A program made the position numbers and the translations under genes. A stretch of 64,000 nt of DNA from the NCBI GenBank assembly GCA_951813015.1, contig CATOTG010000011.1, positions 129,889 to 193,888 on the forward strand. The letters are read 5' to 3'. Origin of the DNA: an uncultured Thermoanaerobaculia bacterium. GTDB lineage: Bacteria; Acidobacteriota; Thermoanaerobaculia; Multivoradales; Multivoraceae. This document shows positions 10,116 to 18,251 of the stretch, one piece after another; the stretch's first letter is position 1; each line of letters begins with the position of its first letter. Under the pieces are notes generated by a model, which was not told the DNA's origin, did not search any database, and was given only the letters and a program-made list of their open reading frames with translations.

Positions 10116-11369
10116 TCACCGAAGTTCCCGACTTTGGAACGGCTCTGCCAGCGCCTCCAGCCACTGTTGCGCGGCGTGCTCCGGCCGGTAGCGGCGGTCC
10201 AGCCGGCGGCGTCCCGCCGCGCCGCGCCGGCGCGCTTCCGCGGGATCGGAGGTCGCCGCGATCAATGCGTCGGCGAGAGCGCCGGAACGCTCCGGCGGCG
10301 CCAGCCAGCCGGTCTCCCCGTCGACCACGACCTCCGGAATGCCGCTGACGGCCGAAGCGATGACGGGGATCCCGTCGTCCATCGCCTCGAGGACGACCAG
10401 CGGCATCCCCTCGTAGGTGGAGGGAACGACGAGGGCCGCTGCGCGCTGCCGCAACCGGGCGACTTCCGAGCGTGAGCAGCGGCCGGCAAAGTGCACCGCG
10501 GTTCCCAGCCGAAGACCGCGCGCCAGGGCCGCCAGGGACTCGCGCCGCTCCCCGTCGCCCGCGATGACCAGCCGCGGCGCGTGTCCCCGTTCACGGACCG
10601 CCGCCAGCGCGTGGAGCAGGATCTCGAATCCCTTGCGGATCCGCATCCGGCCGACCGCAAGCAGGAACGGCTCCGGGCCGAAGACAACCTCGCCCGGACT
10701 CTCCCCTCTCTGCCGATCGTCCGAGTGGTACAGGGATGCTCCGACCACCACCTGCTGGCGATCAACGAACGGCTCGGCTCTCTCCCGATCGTCCGGGCGG
10801 TCCAGGGATGCTCCTGTCGCGTTGGGTACCACTCGAACCCCGTTGACGCCGTAGTCGCTTTCGATTTCCCTCGCCGTGGCCCGGCTCGGCGCCAGGCAGA
10901 CGTCCGCGCACCTGGCCGACATCCGGCCCAGGGCGATGTGCACCGGCGTACGCAGGGCACGAAAGACACGCTCGCTCCCCCGAGGCCGCGCAACCACTGC
11001 AAAGCGGCGGTCGGCGTCGACCAGCGGCCGGACCGCCCGGCGCTCGCGGACGTAGCTCACCTGCTGCAGAGCGGCAAGCAGCGGCCGGTCGGCCGCGCGC
11101 AACCGGGCAAGGTCCCGGATCACCAGACCGCCGTCGCTCTCGTGGACCTGCACGACATCCGGCGCCCATTCGGCGACCCGGCGGGCAACGGCCCGCCTCG
11201 CGTACCAGGGAAACGCGGTCTTCGAGACCCTCGGGCCACACCGGTCGCGGCCCAGGACCTCGACCTCGCAGCCGGCATCACGCAGGCCCCAGGCGAGCTG
11301 CAGCACCTGTTCGCCGGCGCCCGAGAGATCGCGGGGGGGCAGGACGTTGGCAACCAGGAGAACCTTCAC
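10116..11369 (-). CDS. glycosyltransferase family 4 (GT-B, group 1)
   Basis: EX7E region VVPSTYEGMPLVVLEAMDDGIPVIASAVSGIPEVVVDGETG. GTG start at 11369 lies inside a repeat copied from the recG terminus. Contains an internal ~37-bp segment duplicated at 10706 and 10780. Confidence 0.8.
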   Translation of the reverse strand: MKVLLVANVLPPRDLSGAGEQVLQLAWGLRDAGCEVEVLGRDRCGPRVSKTAFPWYARRAVARRVAEWAPDVVQVHESDGGLVIRDLARLRAADRPLLAALQQVSYVRERRAVRPLVDADRRFAVVARPRGSERVFRALRTPVHIALGRMSARCADVCLAPSRATAREIESDYGVNGVRVVPNATGASLDRPDDRERAEPFVDRQQVVVGASLYHSDDRQRGESPGEVVFGPEPFLLAVGRMRIRKGFEILLHALAAVRERGHAPRLVIAGDGERRESLAALARGLRLGTAVHFAGRCSRSEVARLRQRAAALVVPSTYEGMPLVVLEAMDDGIPVIASAVSGIPEVVVDGETGWLAPPERSGALADALIAATSDPAEARRRGAAGRRRLDRRYRPEHAAQQWLEALAEPFQSRELR

Positions 11370-11600
11370 GGCTCCACGGTCCCCTGGGACGAGAGAGGCG
11401 CCCGGGGCGAGAGATGCGCGATCCGCGCACGGGCGCCGTAGATGTCGAAGCGCGAATCTCGCCGGGGAGGCCGAGGACGCGTTCGGGGCGCGTTCCGCGC
11501 ACGGGCGCCGTACATGTCGAAGCCCTTCACGGCTCCGCCGTCCTCTGGGACGGGAGAGGCTCCCGGGACGGGAGAGGCTCCCGGGACGAGAGGGCGATCC
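11363..11600. repeat. complex ~160-bp segmental direct repeat spanning the recG 3' end and the glycosyltransferase 5' end
   Basis: X unit ([43 protein letters not shown]) occurs at 11365 and 11525. Y unit (ccgcgcacgggcgccgtaSatgtcgaag) occurs at 11425 and 11495. Confidence 0.8.
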
Positions 11601-13698
11601 CGGGAATCCGGCGCTCCAAACGGCGCCGCAGCGCCTCGTTCTCCGGCGCCGCGAGCCGGTCCAGAAGCACCGAGGCGTCGGTACGAGCCGCCACGAGCCA
11701 CTTCCAGTCCCGGGCCGGGTCGCCGAAGCGGAACTGCGGCAGACCGGCCTGGCGCGTGCCGAGCACCTCGCCCGGCCCCCGCTGCCGCAGGTCCTCCTCG
11801 GCGATGCGGAAGCCGTCGTTCGATTCCTCGAAAACGGCCAGCCGTCGCTCGGCCTCGGCCGAAGACCCGCCCGAGACCGCGATGCAGATGGACTCCCCGA
11901 GGGCTCGATTTGTTCCGCGGCCGATGCGCCCCCGAAGTTGATGAAGCTGGGCCAGCCCGAAGCGCTCGGCGCCGAGGATCACCATCGCGGTCGCCTCGGG
12001 TACATCGACGCCGACCTCGATCACGGTCGTCGCCAGCAGCACCTCGATCGAACCGTCTAGGAAGCGACTCATCGTCCCGTCGCGCTCGTCGCGCCCCACA
12101 CGACCGTGGACGACGCCGCACGGCGCTCCAAGCGCATCGGCCCACCAGGAAGCCGACTCCTCGAGCGACGGCAACGCGGCTGCGCTCCCCTCCCCGGCGT
12201 CGATCAGGGGAAACACGACGTATGCCCGGCCACCGCGACGAAGCCGCTCGCGCACGAGCTCCACAGCCTGATCCCGCTGGTCCGCGCTGATCACCCGGGT
12301 CTCGACCGGACTGCGGCCAGGCGGCATCTCGTCCAGAATCGACACGTCGAGGTCACCGTACACGGTCAGCGCCAACGACCTGGGAATCGGCGTCGCGGTC
12401 ATCACCAGGAGGTCCGGTCGCTGCCCCTTCTCCGCCAGGGACTGCCGCTGGGCGACACCGAAGCGATGCTGCTCGTCGATCACGGCCAGTCCCAGGCGCG
12501 CAAAGCGGGTTCGTTCCTGGATCAACGCGTGCGTGCCGACCGTCAGGTCGACCCGGCCGGCGGCGATGCGCTCCCTCACCGCCGCGCCCCCGTCACTGGC
12601 GACGTGCTGGCTGGAGGTCACCAGGGCCAGGGTGAGATGCGACTCCAGCAGCCGCGCCAGGGAAGTGAAGTGCTGTTCCGCGAGCAGCTCCGTCGGCGCC
12701 ATCAGGGCCGACTGCAGGCCGCTTTGCGCCGCGACCAGGCAGGCCAGGGCGGCAATCACCGTCTTGCCGCTGCCGACATCCCCCTGCACCAGGCGCAGCA
12801 TCGGCCGCGGGCCGGACAGGTCCCCGACGATCTCCTGGAGCACGCGTTCCTGGGCACCGGTCAACTGGAACGGCAGCAGACCCCGCGCCTCGCGCCACGC
12901 CGAATCGCAGATCCGGTAGCCGTGCGGCTTCCCCTGCCGCCGGCGGCGCCTGCGAACGGCGGCAAGCTGCAACTGCTGGAGCAGGAACTCCCCGTAAGCG
13001 AGGCGCGCGTGGGCCGGACTCCGCCGCTCGTTCAGTTCGCCAACCGATGCCTCCGGTGAAGGTCGATGGACCTCGGTCAGGGCTTCCGCCAGGCTCGGCA
13101 GGCCGTGCCGGGCCCGTTCTTCCTCGGGCAACCACTCGTCGATCCACTCGGCTCCGCGGGACGCCGCCAGATCCCGCACGACCCCGCCCGCCAGCCGCTC
13201 CACCCGCGACGGCGGCACGTCTCCGATGCGCCCGTAGACCGGCCGTACGCCGCCCCTGGGCGTTTCCTCGCCCACCCGCTCGACGGTCGGGTTCGCCAGT
13301 TCCCAGGCGCCGTCGCCGCCCCGGCGCCGGGGCACGCCGTGGAGCAGGTAGGAGGCGCCCTCCTCCAGTTGATTCAGCAGATAGGGCCGGTTGAACCAGA
13401 CCACGCCGGCCCGGTTCTCGCCGTCGTCCGCGATCGCCTGCACGCGCGAGAACCGGCCGCGGCCGAACACCCGCCGCGGCTTCTCAAGGCGCACGACGAC
13501 GGTCAACGCGCCAGGCGCGGTTTCGGGCGACGCCTCCTCCTCCGGCCCCGGCAACCGCCCGAGCGTGCGCCGGTCCTCGTAGCGGATCGGCAGGTGGGCC
13601 AGGAGGTCCCTTATCCGCCGGCAACCCGCGTCCGCCAGTTTGCCGCCCAGCACGGGGCCAACACCGCGCGCACTGGTGATCGGGTCGCCCGCTTCCAT
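11527..13698 (-). CDS. recG: ATP-dependent DNA helicase RecG
   Basis: Wedge/OB N-terminus. SF2 motifs: GDVGSGKT, DEQHRFG, QLHQLRGRIGR. C-terminal tail SREPLPSREPLPS is encoded by the repeat. Confidence 0.9.
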   Translation of the reverse strand: MEAGDPITSARGVGPVLGGKLADAGCRRIRDLLAHLPIRYEDRRTLGRLPGPEEEASPETAPGALTVVVRLEKPRRVFGRGRFSRVQAIADDGENRAGVVWFNRPYLLNQLEEGASYLLHGVPRRRGGDGAWELANPTVERVGEETPRGGVRPVYGRIGDVPPSRVERLAGGVVRDLAASRGAEWIDEWLPEEERARHGLPSLAEALTEVHRPSPEASVGELNERRSPAHARLAYGEFLLQQLQLAAVRRRRRRQGKPHGYRICDSAWREARGLLPFQLTGAQERVLQEIVGDLSGPRPMLRLVQGDVGSGKTVIAALACLVAAQSGLQSALMAPTELLAEQHFTSLARLLESHLTLALVTSSQHVASDGGAAVRERIAAGRVDLTVGTHALIQERTRFARLGLAVIDEQHRFGVAQRQSLAEKGQRPDLLVMTATPIPRSLALTVYGDLDVSILDEMPPGRSPVETRVISADQRDQAVELVRERLRRGGRAYVVFPLIDAGEGSAAALPSLEESASWWADALGAPCGVVHGRVGRDERDGTMSRFLDGSIEVLLATTVIEVGVDVPEATAMVILGAERFGLAQLHQLRGRIGRGTNRALGESICIAVSGGSSAEAERRLAVFEESNDGFRIAEEDLRQRGPGEVLGTRQAGLPQFRFGDPARDWKWLVAARTDASVLLDRLAAPENEALRRRLERRIPGIALSSREPLPSREPLPSQRTAEP

Positions 13699-13744
13699 TG
13701 CTGCGCCGGATGCTATGCGTCGGGCGGAAACAGGTGCGCCGTCC

Positions 13745-14626
13745 TCAGCCGATCACTTCGAGCATCCCCGACTTCGGGTCGAGCCGGACCGGCGCTCCCA
13801 GGGGCAACGTGTGATTGGGCGCCTGGTGGCCCGCCGGCAACCCGACCAGAAGCGGCACATCCAGCGCCTCGGCAAAGTCGATCAAGCTGTCGCGCGCGTC
13901 GCAGTTGGTGAAGTGGCCGGCGACCACGGCCCGCACACCCGCGATGTGACGGGAAGTCCGGAGCTGGGTCAACAGGCGGTCGATCCGGTACTCGGGCTCG
14001 TCGATGTCCTCCAGCAAGAGGACGCAGTCCCGAAGATCGGGAAGGAAACCCGTTCCGGTCGTCGCTGCCAGCATCGTCAGACAGCCACCGAGCAGACGCC
14101 CCTCGATCACCTCCGGTCGGCCGGCCGACACCCCGACGACCGGCGCCAACTGCCAGGCCGGGCCCGGTTTCCCGGCCAGCGCCTCAAGAAAGGACGTCCG
14201 CTCCTCCGAACGCAGCCCGCGGGCGAAGTCAACCACCATCGGGCCGTGGTAGGCCACCGTACCGGCGCGAGACACGAGGCCCAGGAGCAAGGGCGTCAGG
14301 TCGGAGTAGCCCACGCAGGGCCGCGGACGGGAGGCAAGCAACGACCAGTCGATCCCCCCCAGCAGCCTGGTCACGCCGTATCCGCCCCGGGCGAAGACGA
14401 TGGCCGCGACCCTGTGGTCCGCAGCCAGTTCGTGGAACGCAGCCAGGCGCTGACGGTCCGAGCCCGCGAACAGCGACCTTCCTTCGCGAATCGCCCCGGA
14501 CCGCAGGTTGGACGCGAGCACCACCTCGAAGCCGAGGTCTTCGAGCGCCTGCACCCCGCCGGAAAGGCGCTCCGGGTCGATCGGTCCGGAGAGCGCCGCA
14601 ATGCCGATCCGGTCGCCGGGCCGCAC
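13745..14626 (-). CDS. ldcA: LD-carboxypeptidase (peptidase S66 family)
   Basis: S66 motifs: AIVFARGGYG, CVGYSDLTPLL, and VGLPAGH with H near the C-terminus. The track ORF starts at TTG 14677, which would touch the RNase P RNA 3' end. The GTG at 14626 (VRPGDRIGIAALSG) is preferred; the start is uncertain. Confidence 0.75.
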   Translation of the reverse strand: MRPGDRIGIAALSGPIDPERLSGGVQALEDLGFEVVLASNLRSGAIREGRSLFAGSDRQRLAAFHELAADHRVAAIVFARGGYGVTRLLGGIDWSLLASRPRPCVGYSDLTPLLLGLVSRAGTVAYHGPMVVDFARGLRSEERTSFLEALAGKPGPAWQLAPVVGVSAGRPEVIEGRLLGGCLTMLAATTGTGFLPDLRDCVLLLEDIDEPEYRIDRLLTQLRTSRHIAGVRAVVAGHFTNCDARDSLIDFAEALDVPLLVGLPAGHQAPNHTLPLGAPVRLDPKSGMLEVIG

Positions 14627-14677
14627 GGCAGGCGGACGCGCCGCGCCACGCCGCGTTCCTTTGCTACGAAGGGTCAA

Positions 14678-15097
14678 GTGCCGGAGGACCTCGTAAGCCG
14701 GATTCTGTTCGTCCCGTCACCGTCAGGCGAAAGGAGGCGGCCATTCATCTTTGCGACCTACCCGGAGAGCGTCCCGGACTGCGAACAACCCGGCATCGGG
14801 ACGGACAGCCCGAACCGCACTCCCTATTTGGTCTTGCTCCACATGGGGTTTGCCATCGCCTCGCACCGTCGCCGGCCGAGCGGTGCGCTCTTACCGCACC
14901 GTTTCACCCTTGCCGGCGCTGCGGCCCTGAAGCCCTGGGTGGGCGCCGGAACCACTGCGCCGGCGGTCTGCTCTCTGTTGCACTTTCCGTCGCGTCACCA
15001 CGCCTTGCCGTTAGCAAGCATGCCGTCCGTTGGAGTCCGGACTTTCCTCCCCCGGCGGGCAAGCCGCCGGGAGCGACCGCATCCGGTCCTCCGGCAG
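14678..15097 (-). ncRNA. rnpB: RNase P RNA (bacterial type A)
   Basis: Universally conserved segments on the reverse complement: GGAGGAAAGTCCGGAC (P4), AGTGCAACAGAGAGCAGACCGCC, AAGGGTGAAACGGTGCGGTAAGAGCGCACCG, GGAGCAAGACCAAATAGGGAG, ACAGAATCCGGCTTAC (P4 3' strand). A 12-bp P1 helix joins CCGGAGGACC with GGTCCTCCGG. Confidence 0.85.
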
Positions 15098-15202
15098 GCA
15101 GGAGGTTAGCAGTATCCATTCAGGACGTTGGGAATGGCGGTGGCGGCCAAACTGCTCAACGGCCCTGTTGGCCACAGCCCGAAACGGTCCGACCACCACT
15201 CC

Positions 15203-15232
15203 CCATCGGCGCCCCCGCGAGGGCGCCGATGG
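15203..15232. terminator. perfect 12-bp inverted repeat (ccatcggcgccc-ccgcga-gggcgccgatgg) between the mod stop and the rnpB 5' end
   Basis: Palindrome seen directly. No U-tract follows. It could terminate mod transcription or insulate the rnpB promoter. Confidence 0.4.
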
Positions 15233-15324
15233 GCCGGGTTCTCCCTCAGGCGCCGGAAGGCCAAGCTGAACAGACAAGCCCGCCAACCACTCATGTGGCG
15301 CCGGAATCGACGGGCGGCGGGAGG

Positions 15325-18062
15325 TCACCGGTCAGCGGAAGGAAGTTCGACGACGGCCAACATCTCGTCGCCGAAGGTGGTCACGATCCGCACGGCAATC
15401 CGGCCGCGCTCCGGGCGGCGGAACGGCGCCGAGGTGAGGGACTCCATGAACTCCCACTGTTTCGGGTCCACCCGCGCACCGAGCCGCTGCTTGAACGCCT
15501 TGATCTGCCTGTCGTTCGACTTGCCCGGGAAGTGAATCCGGCGGGCGAAGAAGGAGCGCCCGTCGTAGTCCGTGTCCAGCATCCAGCAGTCGATGTCGCT
15601 TGTCTTGCCCGCAGGCCGGACATTGCCTGTGCCCGGATCGTAGACCTGGTAGCCGCGCACCCGGACCTGCCAGGCGCCGTCCTCTCTTCGAATCGGCTCG
15701 AGATCCGGCTCGCCAACCAGGACGAAGGCCGTGTCCTCCCGTCCGGACTTCAGTGCCCGGATCGTCAGGTCACGGTTTGCGCGAACCAGCACGATCTGCA
15801 GCCTGCCCCGCTCCTCGTTCGTCGCCTGGGCATCGAAGTGGAAGGCAACGATCAGCAGTTTGGCAAAGCCGCGGCGCGCCGCCACAAGGGCTGCATCGTC
15901 GATCAGCTGCCGGGTGGCGGTACGGTCATCGGGGACCGTGGCGATCGCCACGCGCTCGCCCGCTGGTTCAGGAGCTCCTCTTGACAGCCCGGCAAACTCT
16001 CCGCCGCGTTCGTCTGCACCGCCGCCGCGTGCGACTTGCCTGGCGGCTTTCCCTTCCCGCCTCCCCGGCGCTGCGGGCGGCCCGTCAGGGGTCGACCCGG
16101 GCTCCTCCGCCACGACGACTCGCAGCGTTGCCTCGTGGGTCAGGAAGACGGGAGGGGCCGCGTCCTCCGAAAGTTCGATGCCGTCGAAACGCCACCGCGC
16201 GCCCGCTGCGCCCTTAGGCCAATCGGGCGCTGCGATGCCGGCAACCTCCAGGGCGTGGACGACGTTCTCCCGTATCGCTGTCTCCCGCTCATCGTGTCGA
16301 GCCTCACGCTCCGGACGCTCGTCACCGCCCTCTGCTTCTCCGCTGGGCGACACGTACAGCCACGGCGAATGGGACTCGACGGTGAACGGCGAGGCGATCC
16401 GCTTGACGCCTCGTTTCGCCACCGGCTTGTTGACGAGCAGTGTCGCTCTTCGCGGTCGGTCGTAGGCGAGATGGGCGGCCGACACGTAGGGCACGCGCTC
16501 GTAGACGAACCCCGACGAAGGATCGCCCCCCCCCCCCCCCCCCCTGAGTCTCTCTCGCTCACATAATCGTCGAGCCGGTCCGCAAGCTTCGCCTCTTCCT
16601 TCCCACCCTCCGCGTCGTCCCGGGTCAGGAACCACTGGTGAACCGAGGAAAGGACGCGTTGCCGGCACAGGGCGACCGGAACGGCCGAAGCATCGATCGT
16701 GATCCACCGTCGCCCCCAGCGCTCGGCGACCGCGGCGGTGGTGCCGGAGCCGCAGGTCGGGTCGAGGACCAGATCGCCCGGGTCGGTCGCCATCAGCAGG
16801 CAGCGCTCGATCGTCTTCTCCGCCGTCTCGACGACATAGTGCATGTCGCTCGCGGATTGCTGTTGGCGCCAGAGGTTGTTGATCTGCTTTCCCGGCACTT
16901 CGTCCTCGTAGCGTTTCCACGCCAGCGTTCCCTTTGCCACCAGCCGGTTCGTCCGGGCAAGGTGGTCCATCCCCGCGGCATCGACCCGCCATTGCTCGCC
17001 GGGCGGGCACGAGAACACCGTCCCCTCCCATGCGTAGGGATCCGACCGGCCGGTCGTGGACACCTTGGCGGAAGCCAGGCGCATCCGCCGGAAGAGCCTG
17101 GCGCCTTCCGGCAGTTCGCCGTCGGGATCGAGCCGCTCGGCGGGCTGGAGGTCACGGCAGGCGCCGTCCGCCAGCTCGACCATCGCGTGCCACGACATGT
17201 GCTCCAGCTTCTCTTTCCGGTTCAGGGGGTCGTAGAGCTGGTGGTACGTCACCCGGCCCTTGTCCTTCGCGTACCAGAGCAGCCAGTCGGCGACCTGGGG
17301 CAGGTTCCTGGCCGATGTCGCCCCCGACTTCGCAAACGCGATCGTCGCCACGCGGTTCTCCGCGCCGAACACCTCGTCGAGCACGACGGACAGGCGATGC
17401 ACGTTCTCGGTGCCAATCTGCAGGAAGAACGAACCCCGGTCCCGGAGCAGCGCCCGGGCGTGAACGGCGGTGCGGAAGACGGTGTCCATGTACGAGTGCA
17501 GGCCGTCGACATAGGTATCCCGGAACGCCCGGCGCGAAGCCGCCTCGACGGGCGGGCTGTTCTCGGTCCGCTTCCGCGTGCTGCCCTGGTAGTTGCTGTT
17601 GAACCCGATGCCGTAGGGCGGGTCGAAGTAGATGAGTTGGACCTGGCCCGCCATGCCCTCCTTCTCCGCCAGTGACGCCATCACCTCGACCGAATTGCCG
17701 CGGATGATCCGGTTCTGCCAGTTCCCCTCGTACCGGTACCAGTCGTAGCGGGCCTCCTGCGGCAGGCCATTGAAGTCGGCGAAGAAGCTGCGCTGCTCGT
17801 CTTCGGCGCCATCCCTGGAGATCTGCTCGACGAAGGCGGCGGGGCTGACCTTCTCGTGGATGTACAGGGGCATCGCGTCCGTTTCGATGCGCTGCGCATC
17901 CGTTCCCCGCCGCCAGCTGAGGCGCGGTCCCTCCGTGCCGGCCGGCTGGGGCGAGAACGGGACCCGCTCACGCACCTCGTCGACGTAGACCTCGTCCCGG
18001 TCCGTCGGAATGTTCCTTCGCTTGGCGCCGCTGTGCTCGTAAGGCCGTGTCTTCGGAGCCAT
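15325..18062 (-). pseudogene. mod: Type III R-M modification methyltransferase (beta-class N6-adenine MTase) mod, frameshifted at a G19 tract in this sequence; candidate phase-variable gene
   Basis: N-terminal segment (18062..~16545, ORF 16140..18062): motif IV DPPY (IYFDPPYGIGF), then motif I LVLDPTCGSGTTAAVA. Immediately 3' of the poly-G tract (16526-16544) the sense reading continues in another frame (ORF 15325..17031) for ~400 codons. That segment has a conserved-looking C-terminal region (CWMLDTDYDGRSFFARRIHFPG...GRIAVRIVTTFGDEMLAVVEL). The two ORFs differ by frame +1/-2. Confidence 0.75.
16526..16544 (-). repeat. homopolymeric tract C19 (plus strand) = G19 in the mod coding strand; putative slipped-strand phase-variation switch
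   Basis: Block counting gives 19 consecutive C. The ORF-track translations DSGGGGGGAIL (frame A) and LRGGGGGGDPSS (frame B) are both consistent with 19 G. Confidence 0.85.
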
Positions 18063-18065
18063 CTA

Positions 18066-18079
18066 CCCCCCCCCTTTTT
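18066..18079 (-). repeat. G9 + A5 homopolymer pair between the SD (GGAG) and the mod ATG
   Basis: Minus strand reads GGAG-AAAAA-GGGGGGGGG-TAG-ATG. The tract lengths set the SD-start spacing. Confidence 0.7.
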
Positions 18080-18251
18080 CTCCGCCGGTCCCTTGAGTCT
18101 TCGCAGCCCGTTCAACCCCGGCAGACCCGGAAGCCCCGGTACGCCCGGACCATCCCCGCTTCGCTGCGTTCCAGGGTGCGTTCCGCGACGCCGTCCTCGG
18201 CGCGACCGGCGCCGTGGGCCAGCGGTTCGCGAACTCCTGTTCGCAGCCCGT

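Noticed and set aside
15731-16465. 244-aa and 205-aa plus-strand ORFs inside the mod 3' segment, considered as a possible separate antisense gene
   Set aside because: Ser/Ala/Arg-rich nonsense opposite a segment with a conserved-looking sense-strand translation.
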